Assembly (NCBI GenBank): GCA_964016885.1
Contig: OZ024749.1
Location: 23,312,001-23,376,000, forward strand
Direction of reading: 5' to 3'
DNA length: 64,000 nucleotides
Source: Eledone cirrhosa
Lineage: Eukaryota
Shown here: one piece after another, positions 36,853 to 48,593 of the stretch
Position numbering within the stretch: the stretch's first letter is position 1
Layout: each line of letters opens with the position of its first letter
Position numbers and translations under genes: made by a program
The notes under the pieces: generated by a model
What the model was told of the DNA's origin: nothing
The model's input: the letters and a program-made list of their open reading frames with translations, nothing else
The model's database searches: none

Positions 36853-39800
36853 GGAAGAAGACGCACGAGGTGACGGAGGTCATGAAATCGCTCCCGTAAG
36901 TTTTGAATTTTTAACATATTTAAATCATTTGTGAAATAACAACTCTTAGTACAAATGCTACGTAAAGCACCCGGCTTGAGCCCCCAAAAATTCGGACCCA
37001 AAATATATTGTTATAAGGCTCAAATATTCAAATATTCAACTTTGTATTGTACACTGTATATCCAAAAAAGAAAATGGCTATAAATAGAAGAAGAACCCCC
37101 CCCCCCCCCCATCCTCTCCTCTGTCTACACTATATAGGACAGCCAAACTCACCAACACCAGAAACTAGATACACCACTCACCCCATCATCTGTGTACACT
37201 AAACACACCAGCCAGATAACGGCATTTTCACCTTCACCACCACCGCTCACTACGGCCATCATTACCACCACTATCCCATCACCGCCGCCACCACCCCTTA
37301 ACTCCTTCACTGCTGCCACCGCTACAGCACCATCACTACAGTAATACGGTCACATCACCGCCACCACTGCCTCGGTATCGACATCACCACCACCACTGTC
37401 TCAGTATCGCTACCGCCGCCAGTCTCCCACTTCTCCCTGCTGGCTGCTACTTCCACATTATAGAATTCCTACTACTAACAAAGAGGAAGGCATCAAAATA
37501 TATATATAGATAGACTCAAAAGAAAAAAGAAAAAACAAACAACAAAACCAAAGCAGCACAGCAACAACAGCAAAAACGAGAAAAACAAACAGAGAAAAAC
37601 AAAAACAAAAAAAGAAACCCCAAAAACGTAAAGAAAATAAGAATGAAGAGAGAAGCAGGCGGACGGACAGAAAAGAGGGGGGAAAAACTAAAACTTAAAA
37701 AACAAAAACTAAGTCAGACATTCGAACACTACATTACAATGAAGCTTATGCTTATTCATTTTTGGGGCCCTTTCTGCCTGTGTGTTTGTTTGTTTATGTG
37801 TGTTCGTATACAGCGTGGTGATAATGCCACACAAGGGCCAAGTGGGATGGCGGATCCACGGATGGCTATGTAGCCATACATTCGCCAATCCTCGATAAGA
37901 GTGTTTAAATATCGAACATAAACAGTTCGAATAACGGTGAAATGGAGACTAGAACGTCATGTGACAGACTCTCACCCAACAGGTGCCCCCTGGCTCAGCA
38001 GCAGGAACCTGACTGTCAACCAAATACTGCTGATGTTGGAGGAAGAAGAAGAAGGAAAGGGGCCAGAACCAACTGGACGAAATAATTGAATAGAACTGTT
38101 ATGCAATGCTACCTGAAAAGTAACCCCAAGGAGAGGGGCTACAGGAGACGGATGCATAACATCTGGAACGAGATTGGTTTATTTAAATTAGATGAACAAA
38201 AATTGGCCGGGCAGGCTCGGGTAATAAGAACTAATGGGTGGATAAGCGAGCTGGAACTGGAGGAACTGAGCAGAGAGAATGGCTTGGAGATGGCGGGTGT
38301 AGTATGCCAGACAAGCGAGCCAGTATGAAATGAAGGTGAAGAGGTCCTGAGAACGGAGGAACCACCCGAAACAGACAATGATCTGAATACTGAGATAAAT
38401 AATACCTGGAACAGAGATACGGCCACTGAGGAGATGAATGCTGACGGGCTAGGACAAGATTCGGTTGACATCCTAAATTTAGTGGTAGATGAATTGAACA
38501 ATGATAGTGGGAGACCTATGAACCTAAGATTTGTAGACAGGAAAAAGTTAAAAGAAACAACAGCTAAGGTAAACAAAGTCATCCCATACCTTGAGGCGAG
38601 GAGCCTTCACCAGTGCAACAATATCCTCAAACCAACAGCAAATAAGGTGAGGAAACTACTTGGTATAAAAGCGAGAGGAAACAACAGACAAGAAAGAGCA
38701 GAGCCGTGGTGGAAAAAGCGACTGAGTGGGCAAATCGGGGAAATGAGAAATGACATAGGAAAGCTTGAGTCACTACTGAATGGGACACTAAAAAACATAG
38801 GCACTAAAAATAGACTGGAAATAAAATACAAAACTAGGAGTAAAAAGCTAAATATTATCATAGAGGAATTGAAGCAACGCATTGTAGCAAGAGTGCAAAA
38901 ATCAGGCGATACGAGAACAGAGTCAGTCAGTATAAACAGAACCGCATGTTCGACAACAACCAGAAGATGCTGTTTGGACAGCTTGAGGGGAAAGAAAGAG
39001 GCAACGACTTGATCCCTGGGGCGGAACAAACTAAAACATTCTGGAGAGGAATATGGGAGCAGGATGTCAGACATAATGCCCAGGCAGGGTGGATTGAGAC
39101 AGTACAGAGGGAGATCGGTGAGCAGGCACAACAACAAACTGATTTGAGTATCACAGTTGAAACTCTTAAGGGGCAGGCCAAAAAACTAACCAACTGGAAA
39201 TCACCAGGCCCAGATGGTGTGCAGGGGTATTGGATTAAACATTTAACATCCCTCCACCCGAAGCTGACGGCCATGTTCAATGACTGCTTGGTGTCGGGTG
39301 AGGTGCCAGAGTGGTTGACAAAAGGTACCACAGTTCTGATAATGAAAGACCGAATCAAGGGTAATGATGCTACCAACTATAGACCTATCACATGTCTGTC
39401 CGTAATGTGGAAACTGTTGACGAGCATTGTGTCTGAGGAAATCTACCATCACCTCCACACAAACAACTTGTTACCGGACGAACAGAAAGGATGCCGAAAG
39501 AAGTCACGTGGTACAAAGGACCAGTTACTTATTGATAAGATGGTAATGGGGAATTGCAGGAGGAGACACACTGATCTTGCCATGGGATGGATAGACTACA
39601 GAAAGGCATTTGACATGGTGCCTCATTCTTGGATCACCAAAAGCCTGGAGATCTTCAGGGTGGCAGATAACATCAGACAGTTAGTTGCTGGGCAGGAGTA
39701 TGGGATCCTGGGAGACAGAGTTGACATCAACTGGAGTATCCTTGGGAAGCGTGAAGATCAAGAGAGGTATCTTCCAGGGAGATAGCCTGTCCCCTCTGTT

Positions 39801-41410
39801 GTTTGTCCTTGCCCTAATGCCCTTGACCATTATGCTGCGAAAAGTGAGAGCAGGATACAAGTTGGGAAGGGGAGAGCTTACCATCAATCACCTCCTCTTC
39901 ATGGACGATCTTAAGCTCTTCGGGAAAAGTGAGAAGGAGTTGGATGTGCTTGTTGACACTGTCCGTATTTTCAGCAGTGATATATGTATGCAGTTTGGTA
40001 TTGGTAAATGTGGAGTCATTGTGATGAGGAGGGGTAGGTTGAGCAGAAGTAGCGGGATCCAGATACCAACAGGTGAGATGATAAAGGAAATTGATTCTGA
40101 GGAAGGATACAAGTATTTGGGCGTTCTGGAGGCTGATGGCATAAAGAACAAAAAAATGAAGGAATTGTTAAGAACTGAATACATTCGGAGAGTAAGGAGC
40201 GTATTGAAGTCACATCTGAACAGCAGAAATGCCATAAGCGCAGTAAATTCCCGAGCTGTGTCTATTATTAGGTACAGTGCGGGAATTCTGAGATGGAATG
40301 TTGCTGAACAGAAAGAAATGGATAGGAAGACTAGGAAGCTATTGACTATCTACAACATGTTCCACAAGAGGAGTGATGTCGATAGACTCTACCTAAGGAG
40401 ATCTGAGGGTGGAAGAGGTCTTATCAGCATAGAGGACTGTGTTCAGATGGAGAAAAACAACCTATACAAATACGTGACCTATAGTAAGGAGCCAATGCTC
40501 AAAACTGTATGAAGGAGGGGACAGTAGGCCAGGGGATGTCCAAGGAGGAAATAACATCAAGGAGGAAGAGCAGCCTTAAGGGAAAATCCCTTCATAGTAC
40601 CTTCTTTGAGAAAACTGAATTTAGAGATCCACAGACATGGAACTGGTTGAGAAGAGGAGACCTCAAAAAGGCTACAGAAGGAATGCTAATGGCTGCGCAG
40701 GAGCAGGCCCTCAAAACGAAGTGGTTGAAGCACCATATTTACAAGGAGGAGGCTAGCCCACTGTGCAGGATCTGTGGAGAGAGAGAGGAGACTGTGGCTC
40801 ACATTGTGTCCGAGTGTAAACACCTAGCCCAGACCCACTATAAGGGCTGGAGACACGATGTGATGGGCAGGGTGATCCACTGGCACCTGTGCAAAGTAAA
40901 CAATTTACCACATTCTGAGAAATGGTATGAGCATAGGCGGGAGGCGTTGATGGAGAACAATCAGGTGAAGGTGCTGTGGGATCTTAGGATACAGACGGAC
41001 AAAAAACTGGAACACAATAGACCTGACCTGGTGGTTGTGGACAAGGAAAAAAGATCGTGTCTGATTGTGGATGTGGCCTGCCCGTTCGACACGAGAGTGC
41101 AAGAGAAGGAGAGGGAGAAAATTAACCGATACCAGGACCTAAAGTGGGAGGTGAAAAGGATTTGGAACTGCCATGAAGTCAAAGTGATCCCGATTGTCAT
41201 AGGCGCACTAGGGACTATCTCCAAAAGTTTCCAGGGATGGTTAAAGAAAATCGGCCCCTTCACGCTTTTTGGAACGCTTCAAAAGGCATGCTTGCTTGGA
41301 ACAGCAAGAACCCTCCGATACGTCCTGAATATCTGAGGCTGCAGGTAGTGGCTTGATATTCATTCCAAAGGACTTTCCAGTTAACCAACATCAATGACTG
41401 AGATTCAAGG
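36853..41410 (+). mobile_element. Full-length R4/Dong family a, copy 2, head-to-tail with copy 1
   Basis: Same 5' start GGAAGAAGACGCACGAGG after TAA tract 36776-36852; same 3' end; TAA tract 41411-41461. Confidence 0.95.
37942..41336 (+). pseudogene. R4/Dong ORF, disrupted
   Basis: Stops at 38083 and 38326; frameshifts at ~38890, ~39682 (4-bp insertion) and ~40509 relative to copy 1. Confidence 0.93.
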
Positions 41411-41416
41411 AATAAC

Positions 41417-41463
<47 letters not shown>

Positions 41464-41725
41464 TTTCTTTATTAACCACAAGGGTTTACATAAAGTAGAC
41501 ATTAAGGACAGTGCAGGACAACGCAGGACGGTACAAATGGGCATTTCTGCGTGTAAAAAAAACAAAAACAGAGGATGTAACAAAAATAACAATGAAAATA
41601 ACAATGAAAAATTCCCCAATAGGGGGGGAGACTTCGGAGGGACATTTATGGAGAAAGCCCAGTAAAAAGCCACAATGACCCTGACCACCAAGGCAAGTGC
41701 CCTCTCCCAGTTTTCCACCTTTAAT

Positions 41726-44700
41726 TTACAGATATATGCTCAGAGTAGGCCCATTCACTCGGGCCATTCTTGCTTCTCTCACCCATCTTTCAACAAAATG
41801 CTGGGAAGAGAGCACTTCCCTCTCTACTCTGATTTTCCTTTTCAAATGAAATTTGAAAAAGTCAATCAGAGCATCACCGAAGAGGTAAGTGCTCGTCTTC
41901 GGCCCTTTCAAACGTGTCCACCATACTATCTCTTTCGCCATGGCCACCAGGCAGATAAAAACTGCCTGCCCTTCCCGGCTAAAGGAGGAGGGCGGGGCAA
42001 TCCTCACGATGGACTCAGATGATAGCCGGATCCGTCCTAAACGCGACAGCAGGTGTTCGACATAAACCCACAAGTCAGCAATTTTCGGACACTGATCGAG
42101 TGCGTGCAGGACGGTTTCGTCGCCCTGCGCGCATCTCGGACATGCCCGGCTGACGGCACCTCCATGCCTGTAGAGTTTATCCCGAACTGGCAAGGCTCCT
42201 CGGTAGCACTGCCAGGCCAGAGATTTCTGGAAGTTGTCCATAGGCCCTGGCCCGAAAGTTCTTCCGAAGAGATTGGCTAGTTGATTTTCGTCGACGCCTA
42301 GAGTTTCCCCAAGTACGTCGTCGCTCTTCCCCTCCACTAATCCTCTATAGAACGCCGAGGTGGAGTTTCCACCGATCACATTGCCCGATTGGTCGAGGGC
42401 TGTGTGCGCCTTAAGACATTCTAGTCTCCAGGCGCTCCCTCTCGGTCTTCGCTTGACCCAGGACTGCAGCTCCGTCAAGGAAACGAGCTGGGGAAACACG
42501 CGTCTAGCAAACGGCGACCACACCTGATCACCGTCGAGGAAGAGGTGGAGATGTCGTAGCCTGAGCGCGTGCCTGCGCATCATCAGCCACGGCATGCCCA
42601 GCCCTCCACGTAGCGGGTGTTGACAACAGATGGACCGCCTGACCATCGGAGCGCGTCCCTTCCACAAAAAGCGAAAGAGCAAACGCTCCAGCACAGTCAG
42701 GCGAGGCTTAGGACAAGGTACGACGGTCAGGCGGTAGCAGATGACGGACGCGATGTACGCGTTAGCCACCTCCGCTCGACCTTTCAGGGATAGCTTCCTC
42801 TCGGCCCATTTCTGGGTGAGAGAAGCCACCCTGCTCGTCACCTCGTCCCAGTTTTTGTCCGTCTGGAGGTCCGGACCGAACCAGACCCCTAGCAATTTAA
42901 CCGGTCCGTCCGTCCAGCGTCCGACGACGCTGTTGGACGGCATGGACTTGCCTCTCCAGGTGCCGAGCTGCAGGCCCACTGACTTTTCCTGGTTGATCAT
43001 TGCTCCTGTCACCGCTTCGTATTCTCTTAGTGTATTGCCGATCGCCTCGATGTGTTTGGCGTTCGACACCACTACGGTGACATCGTCCGCATATGCTGAT
43101 ACGGATCTTCCGCATCCTATTTCGCGCGGGACCCCCCTCAACGTCTCCAGTTTGTGCAGTAATGGCTCGAGAGTCAATACGTACAAGAGGGACGAGAGGG
43201 GACATCCTTGGCGGACCGAGCGCATGATGTTGAACGGTTCCGACAGGTGACCGTTCACTCTCACCACAGAGCAGATGTCGCTGTGCATGGCAGCGATCCA
43301 GCCTCTGAAGACGGGCCCAAAGCCAGCCGCCCTCAGGACTGCCGCTAGGTAACGATGGTCGACCCTATCGAAAGCTTTCGACTGATCTAAATTGATCAAG
43401 GACCCACCCGTGCCAGGTTCCCTAGCTACCCTCTCTACGATGTATCGCATGAGGTGGAGGTTGTCGTGGATGGATCTGTCGGGAATGGCGCAGGTCTGCG
43501 CCTCTCCCACCAGACCACCAACGACAAGCGCCAACCTCTTTGCTAGCACCTTGGCCAAAATCTTAAACTCTGTGTTTAGCAGAGTTATGGGCCGGAAATT
43601 TTCTATGTTATCCCCCTTGTTTGGATCCTTTCTCAGCAGTGCCACCGCTCCTCGGCTCACAGAACTGGGAATTCTCCCGTTCTGTTGCCAGTTGCAGTAG
43701 ACGTCCGCCAAGAGGCCTCCGAACAAGTCTGGAATCTGTACGTAAAGTTCATAGGGCAGACCATCCAAACCAGGCGATTTACCCCTTGTGCAGCCAGTCA
43801 TTGCCTCCCTTACTTCAGCGGCTGTTATCGGCTTTTCGCAACACTTCGCCTCAGTGGCCGAGAGCCGCGGCAGTCCGTCGAGGTAGACACTAAAGTCCAT
43901 CCCTCTACCCGGCCCACCGCTGCCCCCGAACAGCTGAGCGAAGTGTCGCTGAAAAGCTTCACACATTTGCCCGGGATCGAGTAGCATGCGCCCGTCGTGG
44001 TCCACCAAAGACCGGATCGTGGCTTTGTTGCCACGACGCGCCTCCGCCACTCGGGCCCATTGAACGGCTTTCGTCCCCTCGTGTCTGAGAGCACGCACCC
44101 TTGCTCTGACAACGCAGCCTTCGTGCTTTGCATTGAAGAATTGGTCAAGGGCCAATTTCGCCGCAAGCACGTCGGTCGCAATGCCTTTGCTAAGCGCCTC
44201 GTCTAATTTTCTAACTAGTTCTCCCTCTGCTCTATTTTTCTCTATTGCTAAAGCCTTACTAAATCTAATCGATTCTATTCTAATCGCTCTTTTCAGAGCA
44301 AACCACCACTTGTTGTTGACGATGGCCCCCGTCAACGCCCGCTTAACTAGTTCGCTAATCCGGTCTCTGTAGGCCTTGCGCGCTGGTAAGGACGCGTTTA
44401 GCTTCCAGTAGCCGGGTCCTCGTCTATGAAGCCTATCTAAGTCAAGCACACAGATCACGAATTTGTGGTCCGTGTAGCTGACTATCTTGAATTGTGGACA
44501 GCCTATGCTAGACCAATCTATTTCCCTACAAAATACTCTATCTAGATATGATCTGGATGACCCTATGCGGTTTGTCCAAGTCCACATTGGCACATTCGGG
44601 AAATCCAATCGGTACCTGTCAGACAGTTCAAAACGCCTGAGCAGGTTGGTGAGGCTCTTGCACCCGCCACCCCTATCTGCTAATCCCACACAGTCCCAGC

Positions 44701-45145
44701 GTGCATCTAAGATCCCGTTCCAGTCGCCCACTAACACTAAAGAGCGCGACGTTCCAAGAAAGGTCTCCAGACGCCGGAAGAAATCAGGCCGCCCTGCTCC
44801 TGTCGGGGCATAGACGGCCACTAGCCTGAAAGCTTGCCCGTCTCCGCTGGTCACGTCCAGCACCACCAGCTTACCCTCTGGGTCCAGGAAGATGGCCCGT
44901 ATGGCGAGATCCAAACCTCTCCGAAAAAGTACAGCAACTCCTCCACCGGATCCAGGATGGCTGGGAGATGCGTACACATCGTAGCCGCCGAAGATCGGTG
45001 CGAAGGCCCGTGCTTCGGAGATTCTGGTCTCGCTGATGGCCACTACATCTATGTTTAGTGACCTGAGGTCGTTGAGCAGGTGACCCTGCTTCCATGACGA
45101 CCCCAAGCCACGCGCATTTATGATGCCTATTCTGAGTGAGGTCAT
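41726..45145 (-). CDS. Tx1 ORF2p: APE endonuclease, RT, C-terminal Cys/His finger (1139 aa)
   Basis: NARGL, SETR, GDWN, YLDR, TDH; LDQSKAFD, QGCPLS, YADD; CPRC..H...C. Confidence 0.97.
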   Translation of the reverse strand: MTSLRIGIINARGLGSSWKQGHLLNDLRSLNIDVVAISETRISEARAFAPIFGGYDVYASPSHPGSGGGVAVLFRRGLDLAIRAIFLDPEGKLVVLDVTSGDGQAFRLVAVYAPTGAGRPDFFRRLETFLGTSRSLVLVGDWNGILDARWDCVGLADRGGGCKSLTNLLRRFELSDRYRLDFPNVPMWTWTNRIGSSRSYLDRVFCREIDWSSIGCPQFKIVSYTDHKFVICVLDLDRLHRRGPGYWKLNASLPARKAYRDRISELVKRALTGAIVNNKWWFALKRAIRIESIRFSKALAIEKNRAEGELVRKLDEALSKGIATDVLAAKLALDQFFNAKHEGCVVRARVRALRHEGTKAVQWARVAEARRGNKATIRSLVDHDGRMLLDPGQMCEAFQRHFAQLFGGSGGPGRGMDFSVYLDGLPRLSATEAKCCEKPITAAEVREAMTGCTRGKSPGLDGLPYELYVQIPDLFGGLLADVYCNWQQNGRIPSSVSRGAVALLRKDPNKGDNIENFRPITLLNTEFKILAKVLAKRLALVVGGLVGEAQTCAIPDRSIHDNLHLMRYIVERVAREPGTGGSLINLDQSKAFDRVDHRYLAAVLRAAGFGPVFRGWIAAMHSDICSVVRVNGHLSEPFNIMRSVRQGCPLSSLLYVLTLEPLLHKLETLRGVPREIGCGRSVSAYADDVTVVVSNAKHIEAIGNTLREYEAVTGAMINQEKSVGLQLGTWRGKSMPSNSVVGRWTDGPVKLLGVWFGPDLQTDKNWDEVTSRVASLTQKWAERKLSLKGRAEVANAYIASVICYRLTVVPCPKPRLTVLERLLFRFLWKGRAPMVRRSICCQHPLRGGLGMPWLMMRRHALRLRHLHLFLDGDQVWSPFARRVFPQLVSLTELQSWVKRRPRGSAWRLECLKAHTALDQSGNVIGGNSTSAFYRGLVEGKSDDVLGETLGVDENQLANLFGRTFGPGPMDNFQKSLAWQCYRGALPVRDKLYRHGGAVSRACPRCAQGDETVLHALDQCPKIADLWVYVEHLLSRLGRIRLSSESIVRIAPPSSFSREGQAVFICLVAMAKEIVWWTRLKGPKTSTYLFGDALIDFFKFHLKRKIRVEREVLSSQHFVERWVREARMARVNGPTLSIYL

Positions 45146-45180
45146 GTTTAAAATAGAGTGGAAATGATAGGAAAGACCAC

Positions 45181-47280
45181 TTACCGTACTTTTGGTAGAG
45201 GAGGGATGGTTTTTACATCCCTTTTCACTTGATCGTCTGGTGAAGGGACCGTTGAATCGTCCCTTCGGCTGGTCGTCGGCTCTTCTAAGAGAATGTCTGA
45301 GTATACTCTTCGATTGATGGTTCCTCCTAGGTCCCTGAAATCACCAACTGCGTTGGGGAATTTCGTTTTAATATTTGTGTATTGTTTCTGTGCTATTTTT
45401 AGCAGTCTTATGTTAGTTGGCGTTTTGATTGGTGCTGGTATTATGTAGTCCTGTTGTGAAATGTCTGTGTGTTCAATTATGTAAGTCATTAGTTTCTTGT
45501 TGTGTGTATTTATTGCCGTGCATTTATTTTTCTGGGGGTGGGATGTGGTTCTGCTATTTTCTTGTCGTTGTTGCTGGGTGTGTGTGTTTTGTTGTTGTGT
45601 TTGCGATGTTGGTGCTTGTGGTGGTGGTGTTGAAGGTGTTGTTGGCGGGGGGGGGGTTGTCGCCGGTGGTGATGGTGGCGCTAGTGTGGGTGGTGATGGT
45701 GTTGGTGTTGTTGCTGCTGTGGGTCTCTTTGCAGTAGACTTTACCCTTTTCTCATTTCTTTCCTCCCTTTTCAAAGGCGACGATGCGCTGCTTCTGCGTT
45801 TGTGCCTTCTTACGACCTTTTGCCATCTCTCTCCCACCTCACACTCCATGTCTGATTCTGTGAGGTCGGGGAGGGGTACCAACTCCACTCTTTCACTTGT
45901 TGTTGTTGGTGATGTTTGCACTGGAGTCTCTGTTGCAGCTGCATTTGGTATTGCTGTTGTTGTTGTTAGTATTTCCACTGCTGCTGCTGTTTTTGATTTC
46001 CGTGGAGTGGGTATGGGTGCCACGGGCCTATCGTTCCTGGTTGCCGCTTGTCCTGTTGCTGGTAGCCGTGGAGCCGGATTCGGAAGGAGGGGGGTTTTCT
46101 CCTTTCTCAGGGTCTTCTCGTTGCAGAAGGCCCTGAGGTGAGTCTTCGATCCACAGCGAAAGCATTTCGGGCGTTTGCCCTCAACACTTATGGGCAGTTG
46201 AGTGCCGTTATCGAAGTCTATCACATCCGGGATAGCTTCGATGCACTCCTGGTTGGTTTGGATTAGCATCTCAATGGAGGAGCCGACCCAATCTTCTCTT
46301 ACTTTTTTCTGTACTTGCAGTACAGTTGTTTTGTCCTCGATTCCGACGAGGACAGACGCGGCCAGCCAAGAAGGGGTCATTCCGGGGGGGACGTGGGTCA
46401 GTTTGACCCTCACAATTTTTTGCCCACAGTAGGAGGGCACCAACACCATTTCCTCGCTCCTTAGGGTCACTACTGATTGGGCCTTTGCCTCCTGGGGTGT
46501 GGCAAAAAGTACGTCTACGGTGGCATATGTTTTGCCTCGGGTGATGTGCGTTTTCCGCTGCCACACAGACCCCAAGGCTTTTTGTATTTGGGCCTCTGTG
46601 GCTCTTTCCACCCTACGGGATTTTGTACTTACTGTACGGTACGTGACCGTACAGTGCTCTTGGGTTTCGAAACATTTTTTCGCTGCCTTGCAGATTTCTC
46701 GGTGTCCACTCTTTGTCACCATCTTCTTCGCTTCCTCTAATTCCTCATTTGTTATGAGGATTGTTTCCAAGTTTTTCGCAATACCTGCAAATGAGATTGG
46801 TTTTTCTCTGCTGTTGTTGTTGTCGTCAGAGCTGCTGGTACTTTTGTTGTTGCTGCAGGTACTACGACTACTGCCTCCGCCGCTGTTGCTGTGGTTGTTG
46901 TTGGTGTTGCTGCTGCTAATGCTGTTGTTGTTTATGCTGCTGGTGATGCTGTTGCGGCTGCTACTGTTGTTTTCATTGTCACTGTTGCTGTTGTTATTAC
47001 GGCTGCTACTGCTATTATTCCTGACGTCAGACGAATGAACTGGGTTTTCGTATTTCCCGCACACCTGTTTCGTCGCTGTCGTGGTCGTCGTGGAGAAACC
47101 TTGCACGCTTTGCACGAGACTTTTCTTTTCTTTCGTCACTTGCGAAAGAGAAGGGAGGGAGAGAGACACATTTAAAGAAGGGAGGGAGAGAGACAATCTT
47201 CTCTCTGCTGTAGTGATGATTGAGGAAGAAGAAGACGGAATGAGTGGGAGTGACGTATGAAATTTCTTTTTCGTAGCCAT
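45181..47280 (-). CDS. Tx1 ORF1p with CCHC zinc knuckle (699 aa)
   Basis: CFRCGSKTHLRAFC; Ser/Asn-rich N-terminus, Pro/Thr-rich C-terminus; 35 nt upstream of ORF2. Confidence 0.93.
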   Translation of the reverse strand: MATKKKFHTSLPLIPSSSSSIITTAERRLSLSLPSLNVSLSLPSLSQVTKEKKSLVQSVQGFSTTTTTATKQVCGKYENPVHSSDVRNNSSSSRNNNSNSDNENNSSSRNSITSSINNNSISSSNTNNNHSNSGGGSSRSTCSNNKSTSSSDDNNNSREKPISFAGIAKNLETILITNEELEEAKKMVTKSGHREICKAAKKCFETQEHCTVTYRTVSTKSRRVERATEAQIQKALGSVWQRKTHITRGKTYATVDVLFATPQEAKAQSVVTLRSEEMVLVPSYCGQKIVRVKLTHVPPGMTPSWLAASVLVGIEDKTTVLQVQKKVREDWVGSSIEMLIQTNQECIEAIPDVIDFDNGTQLPISVEGKRPKCFRCGSKTHLRAFCNEKTLRKEKTPLLPNPAPRLPATGQAATRNDRPVAPIPTPRKSKTAAAVEILTTTTAIPNAAATETPVQTSPTTTSERVELVPLPDLTESDMECEVGERWQKVVRRHKRRSSASSPLKREERNEKRVKSTAKRPTAATTPTPSPPTLAPPSPPATTPPPPTTPSTPPPQAPTSQTQQQNTHTQQQRQENSRTTSHPQKNKCTAINTHNKKLMTYIIEHTDISQQDYIIPAPIKTPTNIRLLKIAQKQYTNIKTKFPNAVGDFRDLGGTINRRVYSDILLEEPTTSRRDDSTVPSPDDQVKRDVKTIPPLPKVR

Positions 47281-47514
47281 GTTGTTTTTTGTTTAAAATG
47301 AAATTTTGGGTACAAAACCCCAATAACTGATTATTTAACCCCGAAGGGCCAAATAACGGACAGAAAGACCCCTCTCACGAGGAGGGGGGTGTCTTTATCA
47401 ACAATTTGGTTCAAGTTTTAAACAATTTACAATTGTTTTAACGGTTAAAAATTACTATACCTTACAGAGCCGAGCCTCCGTCAACCATGGCATTCAATAA
47501 TAATAATAATAATA

Positions 47515-48560
47515 AAGAGGAGTGATGTCGATAGACTCTACCTAAGGAGATCTGAGGGTGGAAGAGGTCTTATCAGCATAGAGGACTGTGTTCAGATGGA
47601 GAAAAACAACCTATACAAATACGTGACCTATAGTAAGGAGCCAATGCTCAGAACTGTACTGAAGGAGGGGACAGTAGGCCAGGGGATGTCCAAGGAGGAA
47701 ATAACATCAAGGAGGAAGAGCAGCCTTAAGGGAAAATCCCTTCATAGTACCTTCTTTGAGAAAACTGAATTTAGAGATGCACAGACATGGAACTGGTTGA
47801 GAAGGGGAGACCTGAAAAAGGCTACAGAAGGAAGGCTAATGGCTGCGCAGGAGCAGGCCCTCAAAACGAAGTGGTTGAAGCACCATATTTACAAGGAGGA
47901 GGCTAGCCCACTGTGCAGGATCTGTGGAGAGAGAGAGGAGACTGTGGCTCACATTGTGTCCGAGTGTAAACAACTAGCCCAGACCCACTATAAGGGCTGG
48001 AGACACGATGTGATGGGCAGGGTGCTCCACTGGCACCTGTGCAAGGTAAACAATTTACCACATTCTGAGAAATGGTATGAGCATAGGCCAGAGGTGGTGA
48101 TGGAGAACAATCAGGTGAAGGTGTTGTGGGATTTTAGGATACAGACGGACAAAAAACTGGAACACGATAGACCTGACCTGGTGGTTGTGGACAAAGAAAA
48201 AAGATCGTGTCTGATTGTGGATGTGGCCTGCCCTTTCGACACGAGAGTGCAAGAGAAGGAGAGGGAGAAAATTAACCGATACCAGGACCTAAAGTGGGAG
48301 GTGAAAAGGATTTGGAATTGCCATGAAGTCAAAGTGATCCCGATTGTCATAGGCGCACTGGGGACTATCTCCAAAAGTTTCCAGGGATGGTTAAAGAAAA
48401 TCGGCCCCTTCACGCTTTTTGGAACGCTTCAAAAGGCATGCTTGCTTGGAACAGCAAGAACCCTCCGATACGTCCTGAATATCTGAGGCTGCAGGTAGTG
48501 GCTTGATATTCAATCCAACGGACTTTCCAGTTAACCAACATCAATGACTGAGATTCAAGG
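47515..48560 (+). mobile_element. 5'-truncated R4/Dong family a (copy 3)
   Basis: Starts at KRSDVDRLY directly after a TAA tract; 296-aa knuckle plus RLE ORF; same 3' end. Confidence 0.95.
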
Positions 48561-48593
48561 AATAACAACAATAATAATAATAACAATAATAAT

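Larger units (their letters stand above)
41462..47495 (-). mobile_element. Full-length intact Tx1-clade LINE (copy A) in (TTA)n
   Basis: Own strand: (TTA)n GAATGCCATGG..ORF1..ORF2..GTGGTTAATAAAGAAATC (ATT)n. Confidence 0.96.

Noticed and set aside
47364-47396. HDV-like ribozyme in the Tx1 5' UTR (CCTCCTCGTG resembles the L3 loop)
   Set aside because: Folds as a simple hairpin; no P1/P2 nested pseudoknot or J4/2 cytosine could be placed
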